Of a DNA stretch of 64,000 bases, positions 40,145 to 48,875 are shown in pieces. Origin of the DNA: an uncultured Acidobacteriota bacterium (GTDB taxonomy: Bacteria; Acidobacteriota; Blastocatellia; Pyrinomonadales; Pyrinomonadaceae). The notes beneath the pieces are model-generated. The model ran no database searches, was not told the origin of the DNA, and worked only from the letters and a program-made list of their open reading frames with translations. The DNA is taken from the NCBI GenBank assembly GCA_963790745.1, contig CAWBPY010000001.1, positions 91,925 through 155,924 on the forward strand, written 5' to 3'. The number at the start of each line of letters is the position of its first letter. The stretch's first letter is position 1. The translations under genes and the position numbers were made by a program.

Positions 40145-40672
40145 TTAGAGATCGAAGCCCTTTAGGCCCATTCGCTCAAGGGCTAGGAAAAGTCGGTGTC
40201 TGTGACACTCTTGAGGATCAATTTCAACGCACATAAGCGCAACGGGATGCTCTACGGAATTGAGGAATCGGTGTAGATTGCGCCCGATGTATGAAGGAAC
40301 AATATTTTGATCGTACCACGTCCAAATAACGTCCCGAGTCCCTGCTTCAATCGCCTTTGCTCGAATATCTCTTGGCACGCCAAGCTCAGGAAAATGTACG
40401 TACAGCAATCCGCGATCTTCGACTGATCGTTTTAGATTGTTTTTGCTTACCTCGGGGCGATACATGCTTACCGGGAATTGCCGAATATCCACGAGAGTTC
40501 TCACACGGTTCGAAACCAACACTTCGAGAATCTCGTCCAGCTTTCTTCCGGTGTAACCAAGCGTAAAGAACTCCGCTACATCGAGACTCCTCGCCTCATT
40601 CCACAGAAGTTTATTTTCAGCCTGTTTCTTAGCTGAGGCGCTTGGCAATTTGAGTCGATTCGCTTGAGGCAC
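40145..40672 (-). CDS. DUF488 family protein
   Basis: 175 aa, GTG start. FTLGYTGRKLDEILEVLVSNRVRTLVDIRQFPVS and C-terminal ALMCVEIDPQECHRHRL match the DUF488 pattern. Confidence 0.75.
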   Translation of the reverse strand: MPQANRLKLPSASAKKQAENKLLWNEARSLDVAEFFTLGYTGRKLDEILEVLVSNRVRTLVDIRQFPVSMYRPEVSKNNLKRSVEDRGLLYVHFPELGVPRDIRAKAIEAGTRDVIWTWYDQNIVPSYIGRNLHRFLNSVEHPVALMCVEIDPQECHRHRLFLALERMGLKGFDL

Positions 40673-40680
40673 GCGGCATT

Positions 40681-41028
40681 TTAGCGCACTTGCCAGTGAA
40701 TTACACCATTTTTATCTTTCTTTCGGTCGAGACCTATGTCCTTTTCCATCCGGTGGACCCACTCGTTATTCGGAAACTTCTGCGGCAGTTTTGCGGCGGT
40801 CCGAATCTCCGTCCACGTCAGCGGCTTCCCGGCGTCCTTCAGAGTTTTCTTTATGGCCCCGCTGAAATCCTCATACGTCATCATCGACTTGGCCTTTCTC
40901 GGACTGTTCCAATAGGGGCTTTTACATTTCGGACACACCTTTGGCTCATTTTCCGTGTCACGAGGCATCCACTCGTGATCACACCGCTCGCAGCGGTAGC
41001 CCATTACAGTGATAGGTACTCTTGCCAT
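40681..41028 (-). CDS. zinc-ribbon plus winged-helix-like putative regulator (ZnR family, long form)
   Basis: 115 aa. N-terminus MARVPITVMGYRCERCDHEWMPRDTENEPKVCPKCKSPYWNSPRK; C-terminal 60 aa are helix-rich (LTWTEIRTAAKL...). Confidence 0.55.
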   Translation of the reverse strand: MARVPITVMGYRCERCDHEWMPRDTENEPKVCPKCKSPYWNSPRKAKSMMTYEDFSGAIKKTLKDAGKPLTWTEIRTAAKLPQKFPNNEWVHRMEKDIGLDRKKDKNGVIHWQVR

Positions 41029-41037
41029 ACTGGCTAG

Positions 41038-41066
41038 TATATACGCCTGAAATAAATTCCTGTCAA
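41038..41066 (-). promoter_or_regulatory. promoter of the ZnR-DUF488 operon
   Basis: Minus strand: TTGACA (41061-41066), 17 nt, TATATA (41038-41043). TATATTACT-type boxes lie nearby. Confidence 0.5.
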
Positions 41067-41139
41067 GTAGATTACTATTGACTATATACTTAACTAGTAA
41101 TATACTCTGTCAATCCTAAATCAAAGGCAAGAGGACACA

Positions 41140-41470
41140 ATGACAACCACTCCAGACCGTCAACTCTCAGAACGCGAAGTTAAAGCACTCCAGATCGCCG
41201 CAACTACCAAACTCACACGCAAGGGCAATGTGTGGATCGTCCCATCACAAGCGGGCCACGGTGAATACAAAGTGAATCCCGATCCGCAAGCGCCGAAATG
41301 CACATGCCCCGACTTCGAGTTTCGCAATGCTCGCTGCAAGCATGTGCTCGCGGTTGAGTACGTTCTAAGACGTGAGACTACCTCAGACGGTGCTACGGTT
41401 GTCACCGAGACGATAAAGGTCACACGCAAGACCTATAGCCAGAATTGGCCCGCGTACAACGCCGCTCAGA
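41140..41470 (+). pseudogene. truncated SWIM-DDE transposase (first ~110 codons only)
   Basis: MTTTPDRQLSEREVKALQIAATTKLTRKGNVWIVPSQAGHGEYKV...KTYSQNWPAYNAAQ. Similarity to the full copies ends at about 41470. Confidence 0.75.
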
Positions 41471-42590
41471 GCCCGCGTCCGCAAATAGTCTGTATTTCGG
41501 GGATAACCTTGAGATACTGAGAAACGAGATCAAGTCTGAAAGCGTTGACTTAATCTATCTCGATCCTCCGTTCAATTCCAAAGCTAATTACAATCTTCTT
41601 TTCAAGTCACCAAAGGGTCAAGACTCTCACGCTCAAATAACAGCCTTCGAGGATTCATGGCACTGGGGCCCGCAAGCTGAACTGGAGTTTAGCGAACTGA
41701 TCCATCAAGCGAACACTGACGTTTCAGAAATGATGCAGGCGCTACGCCGCTTCTTAGGTGAGAATGATGTCATGGCCTACCTCACGATGATGGCGAACCG
41801 TCTCTTAGCGCTTCATCGCGTTCTTAAACCTACCGGCTCACTCTATCTGCATTGCGATCCGACTGCATCGCATTATTTGAAACTCGTTCTCGATGGTGTC
41901 TTTGGAAAAGAAGGTTACTTAAACGAGATAATTTGGAAGCGACACAGTGCGCACAGCAGCGCCAACCGCTTCGGCCCCATTCATGACACAGTTTTCTTTT
42001 ATGGGAAGTCTCATACTGAACATCGATGGAATTCACAAAGGGTTGGCTATGAAGAGGAATATCTTGATAAGTATTACAAATACGACGATGGCGACGGTCG
42101 GCTCTACTGGAGGAATAGCGCCACCGCTGCTGGCATTCGACATGGAAGCTCGGGAAAACCGTGGCGGGGCTTTGACCCAACAAGTCGTGGTGTCCATTGG
42201 AAGTTCACCATTGAAAATCTCGAAGCACTCGACGCCAAAGGGGGAATCTATTGGCCACCGAACAACGGATGGCCCTATATCAAGCGTTACCGCGAAGAGT
42301 TGAAAGGGTTGGTTGTGTCTGACATCTGGGATGACATTGATAAGATAAACCCCTCGGGACATGAGCGCCTTGGCTACCCCACCCAAAAGCCATTGGCATT
42401 GTTAGACCGCATCATCAAAGCTAGTTCCAATGAAGGCGACGTTGTGCTCGATCCGTTTTGCGGTTGTGGAACAGCGGTGCACGCCGCAGAAAAACTAAAG
42501 CGCCGATGGATTGGAATTGATGTCACTCATCTTGCAATCGCGCTTGTCGAGAAGCCGTCGAATAGACTTTGTAGCAGGATGAAAAAATGA
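41445..42590 (+). CDS. beta-class N6-adenine DNA methyltransferase core; both termini are IS-derived (chimeric, probably truncated)
   Basis: LYFGDNLEILR, motif IV DLIYLDPPFNS, motif I DPFCGCGT, RRWIGIDV. The TTG start and first 8 codons lie in the left transposase stub; the last ~12 codons are antisense to the right stub. Confidence 0.7.
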   Translation: MARVQRRSEPASANSLYFGDNLEILRNEIKSESVDLIYLDPPFNSKANYNLLFKSPKGQDSHAQITAFEDSWHWGPQAELEFSELIHQANTDVSEMMQALRRFLGENDVMAYLTMMANRLLALHRVLKPTGSLYLHCDPTASHYLKLVLDGVFGKEGYLNEIIWKRHSAHSSANRFGPIHDTVFFYGKSHTEHRWNSQRVGYEEEYLDKYYKYDDGDGRLYWRNSATAAGIRHGSSGKPWRGFDPTSRGVHWKFTIENLEALDAKGGIYWPPNNGWPYIKRYREELKGLVVSDIWDDIDKINPSGHERLGYPTQKPLALLDRIIKASSNEGDVVLDPFCGCGTAVHAAEKLKRRWIGIDVTHLAIALVEKPSNRLCSRMKK

Positions 42591-43141
42591 TGTCCGACAA
42601 TGACAGGCGCGGTCTGCCTGTGCGCTGCTCAGGCTCAGGAAGGTTTCTGCACAATTCGTAGAGCAAGGCTTGCAGTTCTGACTTCTCTTTCGTTTGAGCC
42701 GCATTGTATGCGCCCCAATTCTGGCTGTAGGTCTTGCGTGTGACTTTGATCGTCTCAGTCACAACCGTTTGACCGTCTGCGGTAGTCTCGCGCTCTAAAA
42801 CGTACTCGACAGCGTAAATATGTTTGCAGCGTTGTTGCGTGTATTCGTGATCGGGGCATGTGCATCGCGGCGTTTCTGGATCGGGATTCACTTCGTACTC
42901 ACCGTGTCCCGCTTGTGATGGAACGGTCCACACGTTGCCCTTGCGAGTGAGTTTTGATTTCGCGGCGATCTGGAGTGCTTTGATTTCGCGTTCTGTGAGT
43001 TGACGGTCAGTGGTTGTCATTGTGTCCTCTTGTGTTGTTGAGGCGATTGGCTCACAATGACTTTTGCGGAGACAGATGCGAGCAATCGCGTTTGTTTTCA
43101 ATGGCCCTGTCGGTTGTTACAAGCAACTGGCAGGGCTTTTT
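42556..43141 (-). mobile_element. truncated SWIM-DDE IS copy (left end plus first ~155 codons)
   Basis: ORF 42523-43101; MTTTDRQLTEREIKALQ from 43020, and similarity stops at ...KVYST (about 42556). Terminal hairpin GCCCTGTCGGTTGTTACAAGCAACTGGCAGGGC at 43104-43136. Confidence 0.7.
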
Positions 43142-43192
43142 CGTTTCGGAGAGCATCATAGCAGAGAACCGCAGAATTGTACAGTTTTGCGG

Positions 43193-43221
43193 TTGACAGC
43201 AATCTGGCTAGGCGCTAGACT
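43193..43221 (+). promoter_or_regulatory. promoter and operator of the HTH-ImmA gene
   Basis: TTGACA (43193-43198), 17 nt, TAGACT (43216-43221). Inverted repeat AACCGCA...TGCGGTT overlaps the -35 box. Confidence 0.5.
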
Positions 43222-43257
43222 GTTTTTGCTTAATTTTTCCCATTTGGAGAGTGCGGC

Positions 43258-44394
43258 GTGGAAGACGATTTGAAGGAATCTACTCAGATATTCCCAGTCG
43301 TTAAACATCTCAAAGACGAATTAAAGGCCCGTGGATGGCTTCACAGGGACTTGGCATTCGTTGTCGGACGAAGCGTGGATCAGATTGACAATCTAATGGC
43401 GGGACGCACCGAGTTGTCACCGGAATTAGCGCAGGAACTTGGAATCGTTTTTGGACAAGGCGGGCAATATTGGCTTGCGCTCGACGCGGCTTATCGACTG
43501 TCACAGGCGCGGGTTGATCCGTTAATTGTCAGGCGTTCAAAGATATTTGGTTATCCAGTAAAGGAACTACAAAAGCGTAGATGGATCGCTGAGGCAGACA
43601 AGGCATCCGATTTGGAATACGAACTGAAGCGACTTCTTAAAACCGATGATCTTGACGAACCTCTTTCCCTCTACGGCGATGAAGACTTGCCCTTCGAAGC
43701 ATCATTCAAGCGTACAGTTAAATCCGTCCACTTAAACAAGCCGGAAAAGGCATGGCTCGCAAGAGCGATTGAATTGGCCCACTGCTACCCAACAGTCCAA
43801 TACAAAGAAGCAACGATTGAACGTCTTCAACAAGACCTTCGACGCTACGCTGCTAAGTCTCAAGCAATTCGTCGCGTGCCAGAGTTGCTGGCGCGCTATG
43901 GCATTAGGTTTGTGATAATTGAACCGTTGAAAAACGTAAGCATTGATGGTGCGTCCTTTTGGTTGGATCGGAATTCTCCGGTCATTGTGATGTCGCTTCG
44001 CTTTGACAATATCGGTTCTTTTTGGTTCGCCCTTTTGCATGAAGTCGAACACATAAAAAATAGGGATTCGCTTTCATTTGATGATCTTCAAAAAAAGCAG
44101 ACAGACGAAACCGAAAAGCTGGCAAATAAAAACGCGGCTGAACGGCTTGTACCTCAAGATGAGTTAGATCAATTCGTTAGAACTTACGGGCCACGTTATT
44201 CAGAGGCGCGAATTAACAACCTCGCCACTCGCTTACAAATTCATCCTGGCATTATCGTGGGCCAACTACAGCACCGAGGCGAAATTAGCTATGCCGCCTT
44301 TAAGTCAATGCTGACTAAGGTGCGACATTTGGCCGTTGATTTGGCGTTTACAGATGGCTGGGGTCGGCCTATCCCGATCCCCAGCATCAAGTAA
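43258..44394 (+). CDS. HigA-like HTH fused to an ImmA/IrrE metallopeptidase domain
   Basis: 378 aa, GTG after GGAGA. HigA-type HTH (RDLAFVVGRSVDQIDNLMAGRTELSPELAQELG...YWLALDAAYRL); HExxH in FALLHEVEHIKNRD. Confidence 0.7.
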   Translation: MEDDLKESTQIFPVVKHLKDELKARGWLHRDLAFVVGRSVDQIDNLMAGRTELSPELAQELGIVFGQGGQYWLALDAAYRLSQARVDPLIVRRSKIFGYPVKELQKRRWIAEADKASDLEYELKRLLKTDDLDEPLSLYGDEDLPFEASFKRTVKSVHLNKPEKAWLARAIELAHCYPTVQYKEATIERLQQDLRRYAAKSQAIRRVPELLARYGIRFVIIEPLKNVSIDGASFWLDRNSPVIVMSLRFDNIGSFWFALLHEVEHIKNRDSLSFDDLQKKQTDETEKLANKNAAERLVPQDELDQFVRTYGPRYSEARINNLATRLQIHPGIIVGQLQHRGEISYAAFKSMLTKVRHLAVDLAFTDGWGRPIPIPSIK

Positions 44395-44409
44395 GGAGAA
44401 TTACGACTT

Positions 44410-44931
44410 ATGCGCGGAGGATATTTAGCTTATCTACTTGGTCAGATTCTGGAGTGGGCAGAGAAAGAAGGAATTGAGAACATAGAAGCGGAGCCGTTTT
44501 TTGAATACGCAATTGCCCACAATATTCCCTTGCGACCCCCACAGACCTTAAAGCAGCAAACGATACGTGATGTTAGTCGGGCACTGCAAAAGGCTACTTA
44601 CATCGATCCGCAGGGGAACAAGGTACGGGCGCGACACGCGCTCAGGGTAGATCAATTAGAACTACCAAACATGCCGCCAAGGTTTGAGTACATCGATCCC
44701 AGAACAACTGAGCCTCCCACGATGGAAGTTTCGATGGATCAGAGTTACGAGAAAATCGTCAACCATGTTAGGCGTCATGCGATTGAACAACAGTCTTTCA
44801 ACCTAAACACTCCCTATGAGGGCAAAGTGAGAGACTATAACTATGATTTTAGCGCCGAGGCTGAAGACGCGAGAATGACAGGTAAGTACAACGACGATCT
44901 AGATGCAGAGGATTTGGACGACTTGGATTAA
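44410..44931 (+). CDS. hypothetical protein (173 aa) downstream of HTH-ImmA
   Basis: ATG after AAGGAGA; acidic tail DDLDAEDLDDLD. No recognisable domain. Confidence 0.5.
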   Translation: MRGGYLAYLLGQILEWAEKEGIENIEAEPFFEYAIAHNIPLRPPQTLKQQTIRDVSRALQKATYIDPQGNKVRARHALRVDQLELPNMPPRFEYIDPRTTEPPTMEVSMDQSYEKIVNHVRRHAIEQQSFNLNTPYEGKVRDYNYDFSAEAEDARMTGKYNDDLDAEDLDDLD

Positions 44932-44960
44932 AGCCAATTGCCCCCTCTTAGATAAACCAA

Positions 44961-44990
44961 AAGGCCGACACTCAGATCGGCCTTTGTCGT
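44961..44990 (+). terminator. probable terminator
   Basis: AAGGCCGA (44961-44968) / TCGGCCTT (44977-44984), then a T-rich run. Confidence 0.5.
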
Positions 44991-45000
44991 TATTAAGAAC

Positions 45001-45029
45001 TTGCACGGATGAAACAATGTATCTATAGT
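45001..45029 (+). promoter_or_regulatory. family X promoter
   Basis: TTGCAC (45001-45006), 17 nt, TATAGT (45024-45029). Confidence 0.65.
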
Positions 45030-45116
45030 GGCGCAACCCGCTAGGGCGGGACTGGCAAGTGTTATCAGCACTCGCCAGCCCCTTCACAGTCAAATCCTGT
45101 ATGAGAGGAATCGACC

Positions 45117-45431
45117 ATGCACGATAATCCTAACACTAACAATGAGAATCACCTTGACGCTGAAGACTGGCAAATAGCCTTTGGGCCATATGCGGGACAC
45201 CCCGATGCGGCTCTAAGTCTAGGGCGTCTTTTAATGATCCTCGGTCAGAGTCTCAAAGCTAAGACTCCAGACGTACCGGGAACACTTGCCGCGATAGATG
45301 AAGCGGCAGAGGTTCTTTATTCGCACAGCGACTTCCACAAAGGCGCATACGATCTGTACCGCGTTGCAATTGAAGGCCGCGCTACACGAGCGCAGGAAGC
45401 GTTGATCGAGACGTTGGGAGTACGACTCTAA
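45117..45431 (+). CDS. divergent member of small protein family X (104 aa)
   Basis: Shares DxW..AF.P(F/Y).G...AAL.LG, EVL(F/Y)..S(E/D)FH, EG(K/R).TR and LG(I/V) with the other three copies. Confidence 0.55.
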   Translation: MHDNPNTNNENHLDAEDWQIAFGPYAGHPDAALSLGRLLMILGQSLKAKTPDVPGTLAAIDEAAEVLYSHSDFHKGAYDLYRVAIEGRATRAQEALIETLGVRL

Positions 45432-45670
45432 TGGGCTACGCAAGACCACGCCCTGAGAGGCTCGCTGAGAAGCTACTCCAGATCCGTGTGACGCTTGGTC
45501 TGTCACAAAGTCAGATCGCCAAGCAAATCGGAATCACGGAGTACACAGTGATCTCGAAATTTGAGCTTAATAAAAACGAGCCTCCGCTTTCGGTTGTGCT
45601 CGCTTACTCGCGGCTCGCAGGAGTGCGCGTCGAGGATCTAATCGATGATGACATGAACTTAGAATTCTAA
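45431..45670 (+). CDS. XRE-family HTH protein (79 aa)
   Basis: The ATG shares one base with the upstream TAA (TAATG). LLQIRVTLGLSQSQIAKQIGITEYTVISKFE. Confidence 0.65.
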   Translation: MGYARPRPERLAEKLLQIRVTLGLSQSQIAKQIGITEYTVISKFELNKNEPPLSVVLAYSRLAGVRVEDLIDDDMNLEF

Positions 45671-45715
45671 TTCGACTTTGAATCGGCGTTTTGGCTGAGC
45701 AGTCATTCTGACTTT

Positions 45716-45850
45716 TGAGGCAAGCCGCTGAGTTTGAGGCAAATGATACTTCTAGGGCAAAGCCGTTGGACCGTTGGACCGGGCTTTGCCTAATTAATGG
45801 TCATTAAAATGGAAACTATCGTTTCTGCCTAAAAAATCATTCTGACTGAT
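45716..45850. repeat. island hairpin-iteron module, copy 2
   Basis: TGAGGCAAG at 45716, TGAGGCAAA at 45735, TAGGGCAAA at 45753. Hairpin 45755-45790 with loop GTTGGACCGTTGGACCG. TTTGCCTAA at 45785, TCTGCCTAA at 45824. The right arm is identical to copy 3. Confidence 0.85.
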
Positions 45851-46991
45851 TAGGCTTAGGCGGGGTCTCACTATCTTTTTGTTGATTCGAAGAGGTCTCA
45901 CTGCTTAAGACGGAACTGTCTTGGCCCCCCTCAAGGTATCCTCTAATATCTGTATCGAAATCACGGGCTATGCGTTCCATTTCTTCTTTCGTCAGCCCGG
46001 TTAGCACCTCTTCACCAAAACTCAGACGCGGTTGCTCAACACGCGGGACGTGTCGGGTCACTCTTTCGACTGTGTAGCTTTTGTTGAGGTACGTGCGGAT
46101 ATTCGGATCTAAGACTTGCTCGATGCGGAGTTCAACGTCTAAGCCATCCCCTTTAGCAAATCTCTCGCCGTGATCAATGCGTTCTAAAAATCCATCGTCG
46201 TTCATCGCGACATTGATCCGGTTTCCATTGAACACTACTTCCCACTTTAGCCCTCGTTCAAAACTTGGCTTTACGATGTGCAGATATACAGGCACCGCTA
46301 TCGATCTTGTCTCAGGCAACGGCACATCGCCCTTGAGTGCCATAGGAGAAAAATCCTCACGCTTGACATCGAATAGGGCCTGCTCTTTCTCGTCTAAGAT
46401 TTCAAAGCCCGTTACCTGCGGATCACTGTCCAGTGTTTTAAAGGTTCTGGACAGCGCCTCACTGACTTTCGGGTTCCCGAAGTACACTTCATACGTGCGT
46501 TGATCCACAACGAGGCGTGCATTGTCGCCTACTATCAAAACCCCGCCGTTGGCCGTCTGTTGAACTTCCTTTGGTGGCGTACCCTTCAGTAGCTTTCGGA
46601 TCTTGAAAATGCCTGCCACTGTAGTGATGATCACACCTATTGCCGCGCCTGCTGTCTTGAGGACATCGGGCGTTAGCAATTGCCCTATCTCTGTAGGTAG
46701 TAGCGCAAGGTGAACAACAAAACTGCCTTCACCGTGCGCCTTAACTTTGATTTCTACCGGCGCGCCAATCTTCAACCCGTCGTTCACTTCTTTGATGATT
46801 GACGTGATATTGACAAGCGAGTGCCCTAGCGTGGCGGCGTCTATAGAGTTAGGTTCGCCGTCGAATTTTATCTTGAATTCTTGTTCGTTTTTAGAGGCCA
46901 TAAACTCAGCTACTCTATAGCAGTTAGATGCGATAAGGACAACAACTAAGAGTAGGCCGAATCTGAATTGAAGGAAACGCGATGTAGCCAT
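45837..46991 (-). CDS. hypothetical protein (384 aa) with a central hydrophobic segment
   Basis: Long ORF with an alternative start at 46901 (MASKNEQEF). AGAAIGVIITTVAGIF segment. No recognisable domain. Confidence 0.5.
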   Translation of the reverse strand: MATSRFLQFRFGLLLVVVLIASNCYRVAEFMASKNEQEFKIKFDGEPNSIDAATLGHSLVNITSIIKEVNDGLKIGAPVEIKVKAHGEGSFVVHLALLPTEIGQLLTPDVLKTAGAAIGVIITTVAGIFKIRKLLKGTPPKEVQQTANGGVLIVGDNARLVVDQRTYEVYFGNPKVSEALSRTFKTLDSDPQVTGFEILDEKEQALFDVKREDFSPMALKGDVPLPETRSIAVPVYLHIVKPSFERGLKWEVVFNGNRINVAMNDDGFLERIDHGERFAKGDGLDVELRIEQVLDPNIRTYLNKSYTVERVTRHVPRVEQPRLSFGEEVLTGLTKEEMERIARDFDTDIRGYLEGGQDSSVLSSETSSNQQKDSETPPKPNQSE

Positions 46992-47208
46992 AAGACACTC
47001 CTATCCGTCGAATAGGAGTCCGATCCTGAAGTCGGTTTCTGTCTTTTGGCTCTGGCCTATGGTATGCGGCTTAATGTCGGTCTAGCGACTGCGCTGTCCT
47101 GTGGCTCTGGCACGGTGAGACTTTCACACTGATGACACTTGCCGGACTCAAAAAACTAAATTGTGACTGAATTCTACATCGATGTTTGCGCTAAGGGCAA
47201 ATGCAATT

Positions 47209-48616
47209 AAAGGGCTAACGCGTGCCCTATCATTGCGGTAGCGGTTCCCCGAAGTTAGTTTCAATTCCCAATTCATGAACGGATTGCAGCACAACACAGA
47301 GGTTGTGACAAAGCACCTTACACAACGCTTCGTTTACCTGTGCTGTGAGTGTCCGACTCCGCAAGCGTTGACCGAACTTGCTCTTGATCATGTGGAATGT
47401 AGTCTCGACATTGGATCGTTTGTGGTAGTGCTGTAGAAACTCCGCCCGATGCAGCGCGTAAAAGTGGTACATCCGAGTCCACAAGTCCGACTTCGCGCCG
47501 TAACTGCCGCGTGAGTCCGGCACTGAATTACTTTTGAATGGGATGTACGGGATCGCCCCGCGTTGCAACGTGGCGAGCATATTTGACGCTCCGAGATAGC
47601 CCTTGTCTGCCGATACCTCTTTCATCTTGAATCCGGCATCTGCTGTGCGATCCACTAAGCCTTTGTAGAACGGATAATCATGTGCATAACCGTCGCTGAC
47701 TTCTACGCTCGTGACGATGTTCGTTTTGACTCCGACCATCAAATGCAGTTTGAAGCCACTGGCGACGATCTTCCTTTGTGCCGTATTTGACATCTAGCCA
47801 GCGCATAAACTGTCCGGTGCTGAAACCCGAACTATCTACCGCAAAGTCCGATTCAATAGATTTGAGAGGCGCGGCGCTCAGTGAAATTAGTTCGTACAAG
47901 TAAGGCGTCAACGCTTCCGATTCAAGGTAGTTAAAGACGCTGTTGTAATGTGGCAAGTGCGAGAGATAGCCACGCTGTTTCGCTTCGCGGAGATCCGTTG
48001 CAAACCGTCGCCCTGAGACGGTTGAATAAATCTTATACGTTGACGAAAAGATCATGTCGCTCAGAGGTAGTTGTGGTCTGCCTCTGCCTTTGCGCTGCTC
48101 AGGCTCAGGAATGTTTTTGCAGAGTTCGTAGAGATACGCTTGCAGCTCTGATTTCTCGTGCGTCTGCGCGGCATTGTACGCGGGCCAATTCTGGCTATAG
48201 GTCTTGCGTGTGACCTTGATCGTCTCGGTGACAACCGTAGCACCGTCTGAGGTAGTCTCACGTCTCAAAACGTACTCAACCGCGAGCACATGCTTGCAGC
48301 GAGCATTTCTAAACTCGAAGTCGGGGCATGTGCATTTCGGCGCTTCGGGATCGGGATTGACTTTGTATTCACCGTGGCCCGCTTGCGATGGAACGATCCA
48401 TACATCGCCCTTGCGAGTGAGTTTAGAGGTAGCGGCGATCTGGAGTGCTTTAACTTCGCGTTCTGAGAGTTGACGATCTGTGGTTGTCATTGTGTCCTCT
48501 TGCCTTTTGGTTAGGCGATGGCTCACAATGAACGTGCTGGAGATTCAGCGTGAGCAATCGCGTTTGAGTTTTCAAAAGGGCCTTAGTGGTTAGCGCCGCT
48601 AGGGCCTTTGTTTTCT
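47209..48616 (-). mobile_element. SWIM-DDE IS copy C (frameshifted)
   Basis: From AAAGGGC (47209) to the terminal hairpin GGGCCTTAGTGGTTAGCGCCGCTAGGGCC and CCTTTG (48610). Borders are approximate. Confidence 0.65.
47230..48490 (-). pseudogene. SWIM-DDE transposase with a 1-nt insertion frameshift
   Basis: ORFs 47678-48526 and 47230-47793 together match copy A. An extra A in TTTGAAGCCACTGG (about 47753), versus TTTGAGCCACTGG in copy A, breaks the frame at ...RRQWL. Confidence 0.8.
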
Positions 48617-48671
48617 AACGTGCTGATATATTACTCTGAAATAACATATCACGTCAATGCAAATATACTAC

Positions 48672-48700
48672 TTGCGGATAATATATTCACGGTCTATACT
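48672..48700 (+). promoter_or_regulatory. promoter of the zinc-ribbon gene 48708-48875
   Basis: TTGCGG (48672-48677), 17 nt, TATACT (48695-48700). A TATATTACT box lies upstream. Confidence 0.45.
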
Positions 48701-48707
48701 GCCAGCC

Positions 48708-48875
48708 ATGCCGAAAGTGAAAATTACCGTTTGGGGCTTTAAGTGCGGACGCTGCGATCATGAGTGGGTTCCTCGTGATATCAAAGACGAACCGCGCTAT
48801 TGCCCGAAGTGCAAAAGCCCGTACTGGAATAAGCCTCGACAATACAAGCTAGCCAAAAGGGGAAGTAGCAGTTAG
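48708..48875 (+). CDS. small zinc-ribbon protein (55 aa), ZnR family
   Basis: MPKVKITVWGFKCGRCDHEWVPRDIKDEPRYCPKCKSPYWNKPRQYKLAKRGSSS. Confidence 0.55.
   Translation: MPKVKITVWGFKCGRCDHEWVPRDIKDEPRYCPKCKSPYWNKPRQYKLAKRGSSS

Noticed and set aside
41445-42590. A complete restriction-modification system
   Set aside because: Only a methyltransferase core is present. It is chimeric at both ends, and no endonuclease, specificity or helicase gene is adjacent.
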